Positions 1 through 10,291 of a stretch of DNA of 64,000 bases are shown piece after piece. The notes under the pieces were generated by a model, which was not told the origin of the DNA, made no database searches, and saw only the letters and a program-made list of their open reading frames with translations. A program made the translations under genes and the position numbers. Positions within the stretch are counted from its first letter, which is position 1; every line of letters begins with the position of its first letter. The stretch is from the IMG/VR virus record IMGVR_UViG_3300013233_000235, positions 124,001 through 188,000 of that record. The stretch is one strand, 5' to 3'.

Positions 1-1
1 A

Positions 2-121
2 TTCGGCACACTTGTATCCTTAACGGTGTTTGAGGCCCCTGGTACAGACGCTATCATGGATAACCATTATGTAACCAGTTGCGATTTAACCATTCATATA
101 CGGAGGATGCAGGATGCTTGA
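2..121 (+). CDS. 5'-truncated hypothetical protein (C-terminal end)
   Basis: Frame 2 is open from base 2 to TGA at 119-121 and overlaps the ATG at 114; read manually. Confidence 0.4.
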   Translation, partial: FGTLVSLTVFEAPGTDAIMDNHYVTSCDLTIHIRRMQDA

Positions 122-476
122 ACCTAAATGGGAACAACGTGGTAAACTACTTATTGGTGATGTGGCCGTGTACCTCTACTGGGACTATATGGAAGACGTT
201 ATTGATGACGGGGTATTTAGCTTGGGAGCCGGCTGGTACGTTGTATACGCATATCGCTCTAACGGTAGGTTTAGGTCGTGGTTGCTAAGCGGCCGGCTTA
301 GACGGGTTATGCGGTGCTGTAGGGGGACAGTTGCCAAGGAGTTAATGGGACGGGCTGATAAAGTAATTGACATCGGTGTTACGGCTGCCACTGGGGTCAT
401 CACTATCGATGGCAAACCCGTGCCCCGGATATCCCAACACCGGTGGTACCTATCCAATTTACGAATATCTAACTAG
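114..476 (+). CDS. hypothetical protein
   Basis: 120-aa ORF, GGAGG SD at 102-106, followed by a terminator. Confidence 0.7.
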   Translation: MLEPKWEQRGKLLIGDVAVYLYWDYMEDVIDDGVFSLGAGWYVVYAYRSNGRFRSWLLSGRLRRVMRCCRGTVAKELMGRADKVIDIGVTAATGVITIDGKPVPRISQHRWYLSNLRISN

Positions 477-486
477 CTGTATAAGC

Positions 487-594
487 GGGCCCCAACTATG
501 GGGGCTTTCTTTTTTATTTGTTTCCATACATTCTCAAGACTATATAACTTGTATGAAGAGACACTTTGATCTCTTATAGTGAAAGGGTTTAATT
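487..594 (+). promoter_or_regulatory. Early cassette, class I: terminator + TATATAACT (541-549) + ATG 553 + hairpin AAGAGA-CACTTTGA-TCTCTT (556-575) + SD
   Basis: Near-identical to nine other intergenic copies. Confidence 0.85.
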
Positions 595-978
595 ATGAAT
601 GAAGAAATCACAGACGTGCTAGTGGCGCTATTAGGCACACTACGTGGCAAGCAACTGGTATTTAAAGCCGCCCCCCCGGACGATTTGCCAGAGACCCACG
701 ACGCGATGGGTGCAAACCCGGCATTCCAATTAACACTTCCCGGAGAGTTGTACGTAGCACTCCACCCAAAACGGTCCCCGGGGTCAGAGGGCTATGACTA
801 CGCGGTGGTATGGGATCGCATATCCGGTGATGATGATTGGCGGCGATGTGGGTCACTGTTGTTAAAAGAGGCCCCTGGGGTGGGAATCATATTTGGTGGC
901 CACTTGCTGATGGACGTGCCCCACAAAGTATCTGGCGATGGCCCGCAGAGACTCACACTTGTGGAGTTATCCCGATGA
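595..978 (+). CDS. hypothetical early protein
   Basis: First ORF after the cassette; ATGA overlap with the next gene. Confidence 0.8.
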   Translation: MNEEITDVLVALLGTLRGKQLVFKAAPPDDLPETHDAMGANPAFQLTLPGELYVALHPKRSPGSEGYDYAVVWDRISGDDDWRRCGSLLLKEAPGVGIIFGGHLLMDVPHKVSGDGPQRLTLVELSR

Positions 979-1574
979 AGGGTGGTACAGGGGATGCCTA
1001 CGAGGGGCGGTGGTTCGAACTCTCGACCCTGCGCCACCTAGTTAAAGCCTTTAAAGATAAAGGTATAACAGTGGCTTCATTGGGCTGGGCTGATACAGAG
1101 GGCAGTCTAAACCCTGATTTCGCATGTATGGCATCACCGATAGAATCCCCATGTGGTAAGATCACCACCGAGTCTCTGGAGTGGATATTGAGCAATACCA
1201 TCACCATGCGGTGCGATCGCGGGTTCGGCTCACAAGCCCATATTTGCACACAGCACGATGGGAAGTCACACATACTCAATTATGAGACGGATGGGCTCCG
1301 TACAGCCCGGCGGATATTTATGGATGACAGCACCGTTCTCGACTGCGCAAGATCTGGGGATGGTAGGCTATGGGTTATAACCCGCCGTGGGTTGTACAAG
1401 TTCTTACCAGATACATTTGGGTGGGGCAATGTGGGCACCCTAGTCGGAGAAGAATTCCCAGTATGTTGGGATATGGTTTCCTCGATGACGCCTACAGAAA
1501 CAGGTGTATCCGTTACGGGTTTCTCGGAGCTCATTGGTTGCGCCGGAGTACGTGTCAGCGCATCTGGCGAATAA
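975..1574 (+). CDS. hypothetical beta-rich protein (paralog family B)
   Basis: Start moved to ATG 975 (ATGA overlap); carries WVITRRGLY motif shared with 28734 and 31850. Confidence 0.7.
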   Translation: MKGGTGDAYEGRWFELSTLRHLVKAFKDKGITVASLGWADTEGSLNPDFACMASPIESPCGKITTESLEWILSNTITMRCDRGFGSQAHICTQHDGKSHILNYETDGLRTARRIFMDDSTVLDCARSGDGRLWVITRRGLYKFLPDTFGWGNVGTLVGEEFPVCWDMVSSMTPTETGVSVTGFSELIGCAGVRVSASGE

Positions 1575-1580
1575 TAAGTT

Positions 1581-1679
1581 AGCCCTTCGGGGCTTTCTTT
1601 TTTATTTGTTTCCATACATTCTTAGAACTATATAACTTGTATGAAGAGACACTTTGATCTCTTGTATAGGAGTTTAGTT
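1581..1679 (+). promoter_or_regulatory. Early cassette, class I (TATATAACT 1629-1637, ATG 1641, loop CACTTTGA)
   Basis: Repeat copy; UUCG-loop terminator, AGGAGT SD. Confidence 0.85.
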
Positions 1680-2486
1680 ATGAGCATACTTGATAAATAC
1701 TTAGGCAAAGCCTTGACGTGCCGCCGATCCACCTTAGTGGAATTCGATGCCAGAGTGCCGTATTACAGAGAATACGCACTGCCTAACGGGCAGGTGGTGT
1801 TTACGCATATTGTCGTAAACAGGGGGCCCAACGAGCTGGGTCACGGGGTTATACTCGGAGGGGCGGGCGGTGATATCATTAAGACGTTAGAAGAAAGTGA
1901 TGACCCTATCATCATGGCGGCTGTCGCCGCACCAACAGAAGGGTTGGATGTCATAATGTTTCGCCGGTATGTGATAGTAACTTTGCCAGGGGCCGTTGCC
2001 GAGCTATCAAAACTATTCTGTGAATACACAGACCCTGATGAGCTCAGTGTGGACCTGACCCCCATGGTAGTGGAATACCACGAGCTGCCACCGGTGTTAG
2101 CTAAGTACCACCCCAACAGTGTGCCAGGTAATACGTTTGAAAGGTACGCACATGGCAACTCATCCGGAGAAGAGCTGTACCTTATTGAAAACCCCGAAAG
2201 CGGTATGCGGGCCTTTGGGGTATACTCACAGGAACAAGGTAAATGGGTGGTGACAGAGGTGGCCCAAACACCTGGTGTGGAAGTCGACCCTATGGCGCAT
2301 GATGAGTGGTTCACCATCGGCCCAATCATGTTTAGACGTGATACACCACTGGGCGTACTAACAGCCACATGGAAAAAGTCTGAACTGGGGGTGTTAATCA
2401 AGCCCAACGGGTATGTGGAGCCAGCCACTGGTGATGATGCGCCAGTTGGCAAGTGCCCCGATGGTAACATGTTGACACGTATGTAA
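1680..2486 (+). CDS. hypothetical early protein
   Basis: SD-led ATG at 1680; the track start 1641 is the cassette ATG. Confidence 0.8.
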   Translation: MSILDKYLGKALTCRRSTLVEFDARVPYYREYALPNGQVVFTHIVVNRGPNELGHGVILGGAGGDIIKTLEESDDPIIMAAVAAPTEGLDVIMFRRYVIVTLPGAVAELSKLFCEYTDPDELSVDLTPMVVEYHELPPVLAKYHPNSVPGNTFERYAHGNSSGEELYLIENPESGMRAFGVYSQEQGKWVVTEVAQTPGVEVDPMAHDEWFTIGPIMFRRDTPLGVLTATWKKSELGVLIKPNGYVEPATGDDAPVGKCPDGNMLTRM

Positions 2487-2492
2487 TTAGTT

Positions 2493-2597
2493 AGCCCCGA
2501 TTAAGGGGCTATCTTTTTTATTTGTTTCACCCATGTGTAAGAACTATATAACTACTATGAAGAGGCACTTTGATCTCTTATGTTGAAGGATGTTGAT
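2493..2597 (+). promoter_or_regulatory. Early cassette, class I (TATATAACT 2545-2553, ATG 2557, stem AAGAGG/TCTCTT with G-U, loop CACTTTGA)
   Basis: Repeat copy. Confidence 0.85.
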
Positions 2598-3107
2598 ATG
2601 ACAATCATTGTAACAACAGTGGATAAAAAGGTGATAACTATGACAGGCGACGGCCGTGGGAGTCTGAGACAGATGGTGGTATCAGACCACTGTGTAAAGG
2701 TGCACCGCCACCATGATAGATTATACGGTTTCGCTGGATCTACGCAGGAGATAGACCAAGCCTTAAAGGTGTTACCATTTATACCGGACGGCGCTGCACC
2801 CGAGACTGTGGAAATGTTTTTGTCGCGGATATTGCAGGATAGCACGTGCATCACGGCAGCCTGGGTCAATGACAAACCCAGACTAGATAGATTCGGGCAT
2901 GGTAAAGCCCACCGCATCACCGACCGCGTGGATTTCTTGGGATCTGGAAGTCGTATGGGTATAGACCTGTTCACACCGACCCGGCTTCTCCACGACTGCA
3001 CTGCGGCAGAGGCGGCTGTAATTACTGTTAACACCGTGGGGCTTATACACAGCTCGTGCGGGGGTAGCACAACCACGGTACGCGTGGCACGGGAGGTTGC
3101 CAAATGA
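2598..3107 (+). CDS. HslV/proteasome-beta-like Ntn peptidase
   Basis: N-terminal M-T-I-I-V, DGR, VKV, FAGS, GSGS and C-terminal SSCGG motifs; GAAGGA SD before ATG 2598. Confidence 0.65.
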   Translation: MTIIVTTVDKKVITMTGDGRGSLRQMVVSDHCVKVHRHHDRLYGFAGSTQEIDQALKVLPFIPDGAAPETVEMFLSRILQDSTCITAAWVNDKPRLDRFGHGKAHRITDRVDFLGSGSRMGIDLFTPTRLLHDCTAAEAAVITVNTVGLIHSSCGGSTTTVRVAREVAK

Positions 3108-3712
3108 GGATGATAATCACCGATAACAGTGGTAACGGGGTTATAAAAATGGGCAGTCTAATAAAGACCGCTCCAACACACCCGATCGATCTGCCTGAAG
3201 ACATTATTAATGCAGATGGTGATGTTGAAGCCTATGGGGTTATCAGCTATGGTACAGGGTTAGCGTTAGAAGGCCTGTTGTCCGCACCTATCTCCGACAT
3301 CGATATAAAGGCCCTACCGGCTCCGGTGGAAACACATGACTGCTTTATCATGCATGGTCGGGATCGCACAGACCCACCAACCATGGTGTACAAGTTCCCT
3401 GGTAGCCGTGTCCACCATAGTCGCCTGGTTAGAAGGGGGGTTGCTATATACGGGGATGACCCGGATATTAGGTACCTGCGTAACATGGCCGTCATGGCCA
3501 CGAACCAAGTCACAGCACCTGGTAAGAATAAACCCACATTTGATGAGTGGTTGGGTATAGCGGCTATGTTTACATCCCGTGGTAGATATGGGGCCAACGT
3601 CATACATCGTGATGGTGGTGAGGTAACAGAGCTGTATTACTCAGATGCTTACTTACGTATAAAGGCCAACGAACTTATACTACGATCTGGTCTAAAGCCG
3701 ATCCTAGTATAG
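3104..3712 (+). CDS. hypothetical protein, possibly a degenerate Ntn-fold paralog
   Basis: ATGA-coupled to the HslV-like gene; weak motif resemblance only. Confidence 0.6.
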   Translation: MRMIITDNSGNGVIKMGSLIKTAPTHPIDLPEDIINADGDVEAYGVISYGTGLALEGLLSAPISDIDIKALPAPVETHDCFIMHGRDRTDPPTMVYKFPGSRVHHSRLVRRGVAIYGDDPDIRYLRNMAVMATNQVTAPGKNKPTFDEWLGIAAMFTSRGRYGANVIHRDGGEVTELYYSDAYLRIKANELILRSGLKPILV

Positions 3713-3721
3713 CAGCATAAG

Positions 3722-3854
3722 TAGACCCCCCGATTAAGGGGGTCTATTCTTTTTATGTAAATCTGGAATCAAGCATATCTCAATGACATATAACTAAAAT
3801 GGATATAGGCGTTTTGACTTATATCACTATGGCTTAACAGCCAGGAGTTTTACT
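3722..3854 (+). promoter_or_regulatory. Early cassette, class II: terminator + CATATAACT (3787-3795) + ATG 3799 + hairpin GATATAGG-CGTTTTGA-CTTATATC (3802-3825) + AGGAG SD
   Basis: Near-identical to 40335-40467. Confidence 0.85.
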
Positions 3855-4172
3855 ATGAACATGTCCAAATTTGCTGGAAAAATGTACAGCGTAGCACCAG
3901 TGGATACCAACTCTTTACCACCCATGGTGGCAGATGCGGCAGCCAAGGCTGCAAGCATCGTAGAGCTGAAATGCGTAAGCCAGTCTTTGGACACCCCACT
4001 ATACGCTGTACACAGTGGTGACAGCGTCGAACTATTCTACCAAGGTTCTAACGAGATATTCTCGTTAGAACCACGCACCCCCAACGGTGATAATACCATA
4101 CGTTGGTGCATAGATGCACCATACGGCTTCCTCGTGTATGGGGATGGCCGTATAGTCATCCTGAAAGCATAG
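3855..4172 (+). CDS. small hypothetical early protein
   Basis: SD-led ORF after the class II cassette. Confidence 0.75.
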   Translation: MNMSKFAGKMYSVAPVDTNSLPPMVADAAAKAASIVELKCVSQSLDTPLYAVHSGDSVELFYQGSNEIFSLEPRTPNGDNTIRWCIDAPYGFLVYGDGRIVILKA

Positions 4173-4175
4173 AAT

Positions 4176-4210
4176 ATACACGGGTAGGGCACTTCGCCCT
4201 ACCCGTGTAT
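4176..4210. terminator. bidirectional intrinsic terminator
   Basis: ATACACGGGTAGGGC/GCCCTACCCGTGTAT inverted repeat between convergent genes. Confidence 0.8.
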
Positions 4211-4234
4211 TCACATATTTTCTTTTTTTCTTTA

Positions 4235-5815
4235 CTACCAGGTTTCCTTTTCCCCACCTGTTATGGGTGTGACGTTAGCATCGCCGTATTGGTCGGCATA
4301 CTCATCGGCCCCATCATCCGCTACCTCTTCTTGTAAGTTGTATATCACGTTGGGGGTGGGTTCATGTATGTCGTCTATCAGCCCGCCAATCTCTTTGAGC
4401 TCATAACAGAAGTACTTATGTTTCTCGGGGGTGACATCCAGCCCACGATGCTTACCCCTACCGAAGTGTAGGTACTTACGACCAAGATGCTCATGGATGT
4501 GCAATACCCACTCTAGATCAAATTTCTGGTGTAGTGATTTGCTGTACTGGTAATACCCTTTGTTGGATACAGCTTTGGGCAGATTGTTGGTCCCCTCCCG
4601 CACTAGGTTCTGGGCCTCAGTGGATAACTGGTGAGCTGTTACCACGGTGATACCACGAGGGTATGTATGATTACGAAGAACCTGGAAGAGATCATTGATA
4701 GCCGCATCACGGCCATCACCACCGCCGGATACTTTAAACAACTGGGATAAGTAATCGATAACCAGTAAATGGATCTCATACCCTTCGGCTTCCAGTTCAC
4801 TTAACACATCCAGTAGGTGGTCGATGCTGAAAGAATTGGCCTCATAGAACAGCATCATGAACTCGTAACCATTCTCACCCAGCTTGCCAATTACGTACTT
4901 AGCGGCTTCTCTGGAGTTAACCGATCTTACATCCATCTTGACACCAGTCTCTGCTTCGATCATCTCCTTGTAAATTACAGGGAAATCTTGATCGAGCGTA
5001 TTCTCGAAACTGATCTTTAGAATAAGAGGTTTCTTCTTCTTATCCCACATGTGGGGTTTGTTATGGAGTGCCACCGATCTGGCTAGATAGTTCAGCATGA
5101 ACGACTTGTAGTTGTGAGATAGTGCGCCAACATTGACGAGCTCGCCCCGTCGCATGCCACCCACACCACACCCACGGTTAAAGCCAACTAAGCCTGTTTG
5201 CATAACCCCCTCAGAAGAATGGTTATCTTTAGACTTATCCAACACCTCAATAATGGAGTCTAGGTTGGACAATGTTAGCCTACCACCGAACCCTGGTTTC
5301 TCACCTGAATCCACATCGCCGGTGAACTCGGTTATCCCATCCTGCAAATCCTTTAACTCTTGGCGGTAGTCAACCTCCCCACTGCTATATCGTATCCGCT
5401 TGTTAACCTTGGAAACAACATCTTTAATACGTTCCTGCTTTAACTGGTAACGGAGTTCCCCAACAGTAGAGTTAATACGCTTGACACTTCTTTCGAGGTC
5501 ACACTCAACCATCAACATCCGTTCTAACTCTTTTACAACGGATGGGTTGTCCTTAAGATCAATACGCACCTTAGCCAGCAGATCATCCTTATCAAACTCA
5601 ACACTGCCGACTACACGCAGCATCCAATCTAACGCCGACTTTATGCTTTCACCGGCCAGGTAATCGTTATTCTCACCAAGCACACTAGCTGATAGCTCAA
5701 TGCGGTTAACTACTATTCGGATGGTATCAAGCTGGCGTTCCCACTTACCCTTTGTCTTAGATATAAGGTATACAGTGGACACACATTGCATTAGAACGAC
5801 GTAGGGGTTTCCCAT
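4235..5815 (-). CDS. dnaB: DnaB-like replicative helicase (phiKZ gp118-like)
   Basis: RRGEL + degenerate Walker A (GALSHNYKS), Walker B LLVIDY, VTAHQLS motif; synteny. Confidence 0.85.
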   Translation of the reverse strand: MGNPYVVLMQCVSTVYLISKTKGKWERQLDTIRIVVNRIELSASVLGENNDYLAGESIKSALDWMLRVVGSVEFDKDDLLAKVRIDLKDNPSVVKELERMLMVECDLERSVKRINSTVGELRYQLKQERIKDVVSKVNKRIRYSSGEVDYRQELKDLQDGITEFTGDVDSGEKPGFGGRLTLSNLDSIIEVLDKSKDNHSSEGVMQTGLVGFNRGCGVGGMRRGELVNVGALSHNYKSFMLNYLARSVALHNKPHMWDKKKKPLILKISFENTLDQDFPVIYKEMIEAETGVKMDVRSVNSREAAKYVIGKLGENGYEFMMLFYEANSFSIDHLLDVLSELEAEGYEIHLLVIDYLSQLFKVSGGGDGRDAAINDLFQVLRNHTYPRGITVVTAHQLSTEAQNLVREGTNNLPKAVSNKGYYQYSKSLHQKFDLEWVLHIHEHLGRKYLHFGRGKHRGLDVTPEKHKYFCYELKEIGGLIDDIHEPTPNVIYNLQEEVADDGADEYADQYGDANVTPITGGEKETW

Positions 5816-5858
5816 TACTTATTATCTCTCGGTAATCCATTATTGTGGGGGGTGTGTA

Positions 5859-5981
5859 TTACTTTGTGTAGAACAGTTCGTGCATGTTGGGTAGTTCACC
5901 GTATACCATCCGATCGTTGTAGTAGCTTAATCCGGTCATCACTATAATTAGAAAGATAGCCAGTTTGATAAGTTTCCGCAT
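5859..5981 (-). CDS. 40-aa single-TM micro-protein (MRKLIKLAIFLIIVMTGLSYY...)
   Basis: Manual translation; AGGA SD; below the track length cutoff. Confidence 0.55.
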   Translation of the reverse strand: MRKLIKLAIFLIIVMTGLSYYNDRMVYGELPNMHELFYTK

Positions 5982-6124
5982 GTCCGTATTCCTGTAAGTT
6001 GGTCTATTCGATTAGGGGTGACAAGAAAAATAATGCTTACACTATGTATCACCCCCTACCACCCCTAGCGGATGTAGAAGAAAAATAATAATGATATGAC
6101 CCCATTAGTAATGAGCGAATAGCT

Positions 6125-6625
6125 ATGAAAGTGTTATGTTTAAACGCATATACTACATTGCTCATAAGGGCCGAAGGTATCCAACTGGCTGACGTATTGG
6201 CCCCTGGGAAACTAGCAAACAGATTGTCCGAAGACAGGCTCTATGATCTGGACATGATTACGCGTAAGGTGTTGATGCAGCTAACGCAGAAATCCGGATT
6301 GATCCCCATCAAACCTTTACATGGTGCCAGCGATGGCGACCTGATTGGGTATGATTACGATAATGATGCTACGCCCTCGACCGACGACTTTCAAGGCTCG
6401 GAGATAGCTTACAATGGAGAAACGCTAATTATAGCATTTCCAAAGGAGTTCGATGTACACCCGAGTCGCCCCAGCCTGCATGATAAGCTGGCTTTTTATG
6501 AGCGAATAATGGTTGTCTGCACAGACCACTTGCGTTTGGCAGGCACCGTAGAATCCACGATCTTTGCCGAGTGGCACCGTATCACCGAAATGTTAACAAG
6601 GAATACCACCAATGTCAAGATATAA
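6125..6625 (+). CDS. conserved hypothetical protein upstream of the capsid gene (phiKZ gp119 position)
   Basis: Overlaps the MCP start; synteny. Confidence 0.7.
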   Translation: MKVLCLNAYTTLLIRAEGIQLADVLAPGKLANRLSEDRLYDLDMITRKVLMQLTQKSGLIPIKPLHGASDGDLIGYDYDNDATPSTDDFQGSEIAYNGETLIIAFPKEFDVHPSRPSLHDKLAFYERIMVVCTDHLRLAGTVESTIFAEWHRITEMLTRNTTNVKI

Positions 6626-8774
6626 ATCGTATGCCCAGAATGCCAGCCATGAGGGTTTCTTAGCGGAACTTCAAGGTAAAATCCGGGAAAGCAAATCTCT
6701 GCTGACCCCTGATCTGGCAAAAGCCGTTGCTGGTATGCAAGCCATGCCAGATGATAACATGATTGGCCTCACCACCACCCTGGACGGCATTAGTACCGAA
6801 CTGGATGCTTGTGGTCTGCAAAGTCTGCTGGAAGGTCACTATGGCGCTGATAACACCACAGCCATCGCACTGGGCAGAGAGGCGGCTACACTGCTGATGG
6901 CAAGCGCCGGTGATATGAAAGGCTTCACCGCAGCCAGCGAAGTGGAAGTGGGCGAAAACACCTACATGTCTCCTAATTCGGTTGCTGGTACCCAGGCATT
7001 CGAAGAAAAAGACGCCAGTAATTACATCGCCCAGTCAATCCTCTTGGCAGCATTCTCAGCGCATAACGGCCCTGATGATGAACTCTTTTTCCCAACCACT
7101 GTTGTTGAAGGTGGCACCAACGGCGTATCGGTGGATATCCAGATCCCTTACGTGTTTAACCGCACCAACCGTAAAACCGACGGCACCAAATTCGAGTACG
7201 AAAAAGTACCACTGCATCGCGCTCTGGAAGACCATACGATCTTGGAAAGTGACATCTGCCGTATTTGGCCTAATGCCGATATCGCAAAGGCTGGCCTGTT
7301 AGTCAGTGCTAGCGATGTACCAACCCTGAACAAAAATGTTAACGGCGTGGATGTTAAAACCCGCCCAATCAAGTTTGGCGCAGAAGTCGACCTGATGGGT
7401 ATCAGTGCACACCCCGGTCTGATTGGTCCCGACGCACAGGGTATCGAAGACACCGTATCTGCCAACATCAATCTGGGTGAAGTATTCTATCGCTTCTCAG
7501 TAGTTGTGCCTGATACCACTGTTGGTGCCGCCGCTGGTGCAACCGTTACCAAAACCCAAGTTGTGTCCTTTAAAGTGGATAACACCCAGGGTGCATTGTT
7601 CATGAAGTCCAACAACGCCGGTATGGCGAATGACTTGGTGATGAACTACTCAAACAGCATCGTGCTGACCTCCAAAGGTGTTGATGTCAGCGGCGTTGCC
7701 ATTGATATGGGTATCGGCGGCCTGTTGTCAGATGGTGGTAAAGGCTGGGCGGTGACTATCGGTGTCGAGTTGAACGGTAAAGCCAACCACGATACCGCGT
7801 ACTACCGGGTTTTTGCTAACCACAGTGAAGTGAGCGGCGCACGCATCGTTGGTTCCACCGATGGTTTGGCCTCTGATAACCCCGGTTTGCTGGACTTGAT
7901 CGCAAACATGACGATCACCCCATTGGGCGGATACCCACTGGCGCAGCGCACCAACAGTGGTTTGCAACAAATGGGTTACTTACTGGACGCTGGCGAAAAA
8001 GAAACCTTCTTCTTCGAACTGCGTGAAGGTTCCCCAATTGCGTCAATCGGTCCAACCGATGGCTCTGAGACCACCATGGGTGATATCACCATGATGCATC
8101 AAGCCACCCGCACATTGTCAAGCAACAATGCTATCACCACGATCCTCAACCATTTGGAAGATGTGAAACTGGCGCATGGCACTGGCAACCCTATGAGTGG
8201 CACCGGTAGTATCGGTGAGCGGTACACCAAACCCACTTACATGGAAGACACCATTGATGCAATCTCTGATGTACAGGTTCTCGAATCTCTACACACTCTT
8301 GAAAACCTGAAAGCGGTTATCATTGATGCAGTTTCAGTGATGGCATCTGAAATGGCATACTCATCTGGTTATAACACCAGCATGCGTCACCTGTCAAAAG
8401 ATGACAGCGAGTATGGCATTGCGATCTGGACAGAAGAACGTTTAGAGCGTTTGCTCATGCGTTCAGGTGATCCACGCACATTCGGCGATGGTCGTAAATT
8501 CACCGTGGCATCTTCAGTCGATTCGCGTATGGCATCTAAAATCCTCTTCTCGTTCTATCGTAAGAACCGTAAAGTGGTTGCAGATCCATTCAGCATTGGG
8601 TTCCGTCTGGCTCAACCACCTGTTATCCGTAAGTTGGACAACAGTCAGAAAACCCGCACTCTGGTGAACGAAGTACACATGCGCCCTCGTGAACACCATG
8701 TCGCAATCCTCCCCATCATGGGCGTGTTGCAAATTAACAACCTGACCGCGTACTACAAACGTGCGACTGCTTAG
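6612..8774 (+). CDS. major capsid protein (phiKZ gp120-like)
   Basis: 720 aa; ELFFPT..V and KT+PIKFG motifs; strongly biased codon usage; synteny. Confidence 0.85.
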   Translation: MSRYKSYAQNASHEGFLAELQGKIRESKSLLTPDLAKAVAGMQAMPDDNMIGLTTTLDGISTELDACGLQSLLEGHYGADNTTAIALGREAATLLMASAGDMKGFTAASEVEVGENTYMSPNSVAGTQAFEEKDASNYIAQSILLAAFSAHNGPDDELFFPTTVVEGGTNGVSVDIQIPYVFNRTNRKTDGTKFEYEKVPLHRALEDHTILESDICRIWPNADIAKAGLLVSASDVPTLNKNVNGVDVKTRPIKFGAEVDLMGISAHPGLIGPDAQGIEDTVSANINLGEVFYRFSVVVPDTTVGAAAGATVTKTQVVSFKVDNTQGALFMKSNNAGMANDLVMNYSNSIVLTSKGVDVSGVAIDMGIGGLLSDGGKGWAVTIGVELNGKANHDTAYYRVFANHSEVSGARIVGSTDGLASDNPGLLDLIANMTITPLGGYPLAQRTNSGLQQMGYLLDAGEKETFFFELREGSPIASIGPTDGSETTMGDITMMHQATRTLSSNNAITTILNHLEDVKLAHGTGNPMSGTGSIGERYTKPTYMEDTIDAISDVQVLESLHTLENLKAVIIDAVSVMASEMAYSSGYNTSMRHLSKDDSEYGIAIWTEERLERLLMRSGDPRTFGDGRKFTVASSVDSRMASKILFSFYRKNRKVVADPFSIGFRLAQPPVIRKLDNSQKTRTLVNEVHMRPREHHVAILPIMGVLQINNLTAYYKRATA

Positions 8775-8794
8775 GTTGTAAGATAGCTGATAAA

Positions 8795-8821
8795 TAAGAG
8801 GAGGGTTTTGCCCTCCTCTTA
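8795..8821 (+). terminator. intrinsic terminator after MCP
   Basis: TAAGAGGAGGG-TTTTG-CCCTCCTCTTA hairpin. Confidence 0.75.
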
Positions 8822-8837
8822 TGCCGTAATCGGGCAA

Positions 8838-8887
8838 ATGTCAGAACTATATAACTACTATGAATACACCTATAGGAGTTTTTTAGG
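8838..8887 (+). promoter_or_regulatory. Early-type promoter without the hairpin (TATATAACT 8848-8856, ATG 8860)
   Basis: 27 nt identical to the 39581 copy, but no CNNNUUGA stem-loop follows. Confidence 0.8.
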
Positions 8888-10228
8888 ATGATTATCACAC
8901 GGAAATCGTGGTATGGTTACCCCGATTCAGACGGTATGGATTATTACCGTAAAGTTAAAAACAACACCGGCATGCGCATACGCATATCGGATGTATCCGG
9001 ACGTGTGCGGGTACATGACAGTGACGTTGGCATAACCGATAATCCCCATTCCAGAGAAGTGGTCATCGAGGAGTTCTTCGCTGAGGGTACTGCCAAGTTC
9101 ATGGAGCACATATCCAAAGAGGATACTGAGCTGTATGGGGCCGGCACCGGGGTGGTTTTAACCACCATCGTTAAGCTTGACCTGATTAGGGAGGTTACCA
9201 AAGGGGTATACATCCGCGAGTTGGATTTGCACATAACCAAATCCGAGGGCCAAGTATACCGTGGGCATCCCAAATTTAACACCACTATTCGTGGCACTCA
9301 GCCGGCTAACGCGGTAGGGACCATGATAGAGCTGCTAGACCCTAGAAGTAGGTATACGACTATGTATGCCAACATCTCTGGGGAAGTGTACCTCGTGCAC
9401 CCAACCCGGTACCCAACGCCGGAAGTCGAGGGTGTGCGCATCACCTGCCACAACGGTAATAACCACGCACCAGACACTCATACGAGTGACGTAAAAGAGT
9501 TCACCACAGGTGATGGGGTGAATGGTATCCGGCTATATAGGGATATCGAGGAAGCGCGGGTTGATGCACGCGGTGACAAAGCCGTGGCTGTGAACGAGAG
9601 TATAGCCACTGCCAACAAGCTTATCGCTGAGAAGAATGCTGAATTCGCTAAGCGTGAGCAGAGCATTGCAGCGGCAAAATTGGCGGACAGTCGTGAAGCC
9701 GATTTGACCAAAGAGGCAATTAAGCGAGACCGGTCAGCGCTGGAAGTGCGTGAGCAGAATATACTTAACAAGCTGCATGAGCAGGAGAGCCGCGAGAAAG
9801 ATCGTAGAGCTGCTGCGGAAGCCACATTCATAAAACAACAGGAGGCTATAGATGAAAAACGAAAGGCTGAGTTAGACAAACGGCTTAAAGAGCTGAGGGC
9901 TACTGCGGATACCCACATACGGGACCTCACCAGTAGGATAAAAACGCTTGAAGGTAACATCGTTACCCTTAAGGCACAACACGCCAGGGATCTGGTAGAG
10001 GCGCGAAAAACCGCCAAGGAAGCAGCCGCTAAGGAGGAGGCTCAGCGATCAGCTGACCGAATTGAACGCGAGCAGGCTAAACGCAAGTCAGCAGAAGAAA
10101 AGGAACACACTGCTAAGGAAAGCAGTCGTAGCGTAGCATCAGCCTCTAATAAAGAGGGCTGGGGTACTATGACAAAGGTGTTGACATTCGGCGTAGCGGC
10201 ACTCGGCTTATGGCGGGTACTAGCGTAA
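8888..10228 (+). CDS. coiled-coil protein with C-terminal membrane anchor
   Basis: Long E/K/A/R-rich helical half; hydrophobic tail VLTFGVAALGLWRVLA. Confidence 0.8.
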   Translation: MIITRKSWYGYPDSDGMDYYRKVKNNTGMRIRISDVSGRVRVHDSDVGITDNPHSREVVIEEFFAEGTAKFMEHISKEDTELYGAGTGVVLTTIVKLDLIREVTKGVYIRELDLHITKSEGQVYRGHPKFNTTIRGTQPANAVGTMIELLDPRSRYTTMYANISGEVYLVHPTRYPTPEVEGVRITCHNGNNHAPDTHTSDVKEFTTGDGVNGIRLYRDIEEARVDARGDKAVAVNESIATANKLIAEKNAEFAKREQSIAAAKLADSREADLTKEAIKRDRSALEVREQNILNKLHEQESREKDRRAAAEATFIKQQEAIDEKRKAELDKRLKELRATADTHIRDLTSRIKTLEGNIVTLKAQHARDLVEARKTAKEAAAKEEAQRSADRIEREQAKRKSAEEKEHTAKESSRSVASASNKEGWGTMTKVLTFGVAALGLWRVLA

Positions 10229-10291
10229 CTACAATCCCTTAAAAAGGATGGTTATGTTAATTATCTGGGATCATAACTGGAGCCGTATCGG

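Noticed and set aside
553-575. Hairpin as an N4-type ssDNA hairpin promoter or a simple palindromic HTH operator
   Set aside because: It lies downstream of the TATATAACT motif, has an 8-nt loop, tolerates G-U pairs, and its stem is entirely replaced in class II while the loop is kept. A DNA operator role is not fully excluded.
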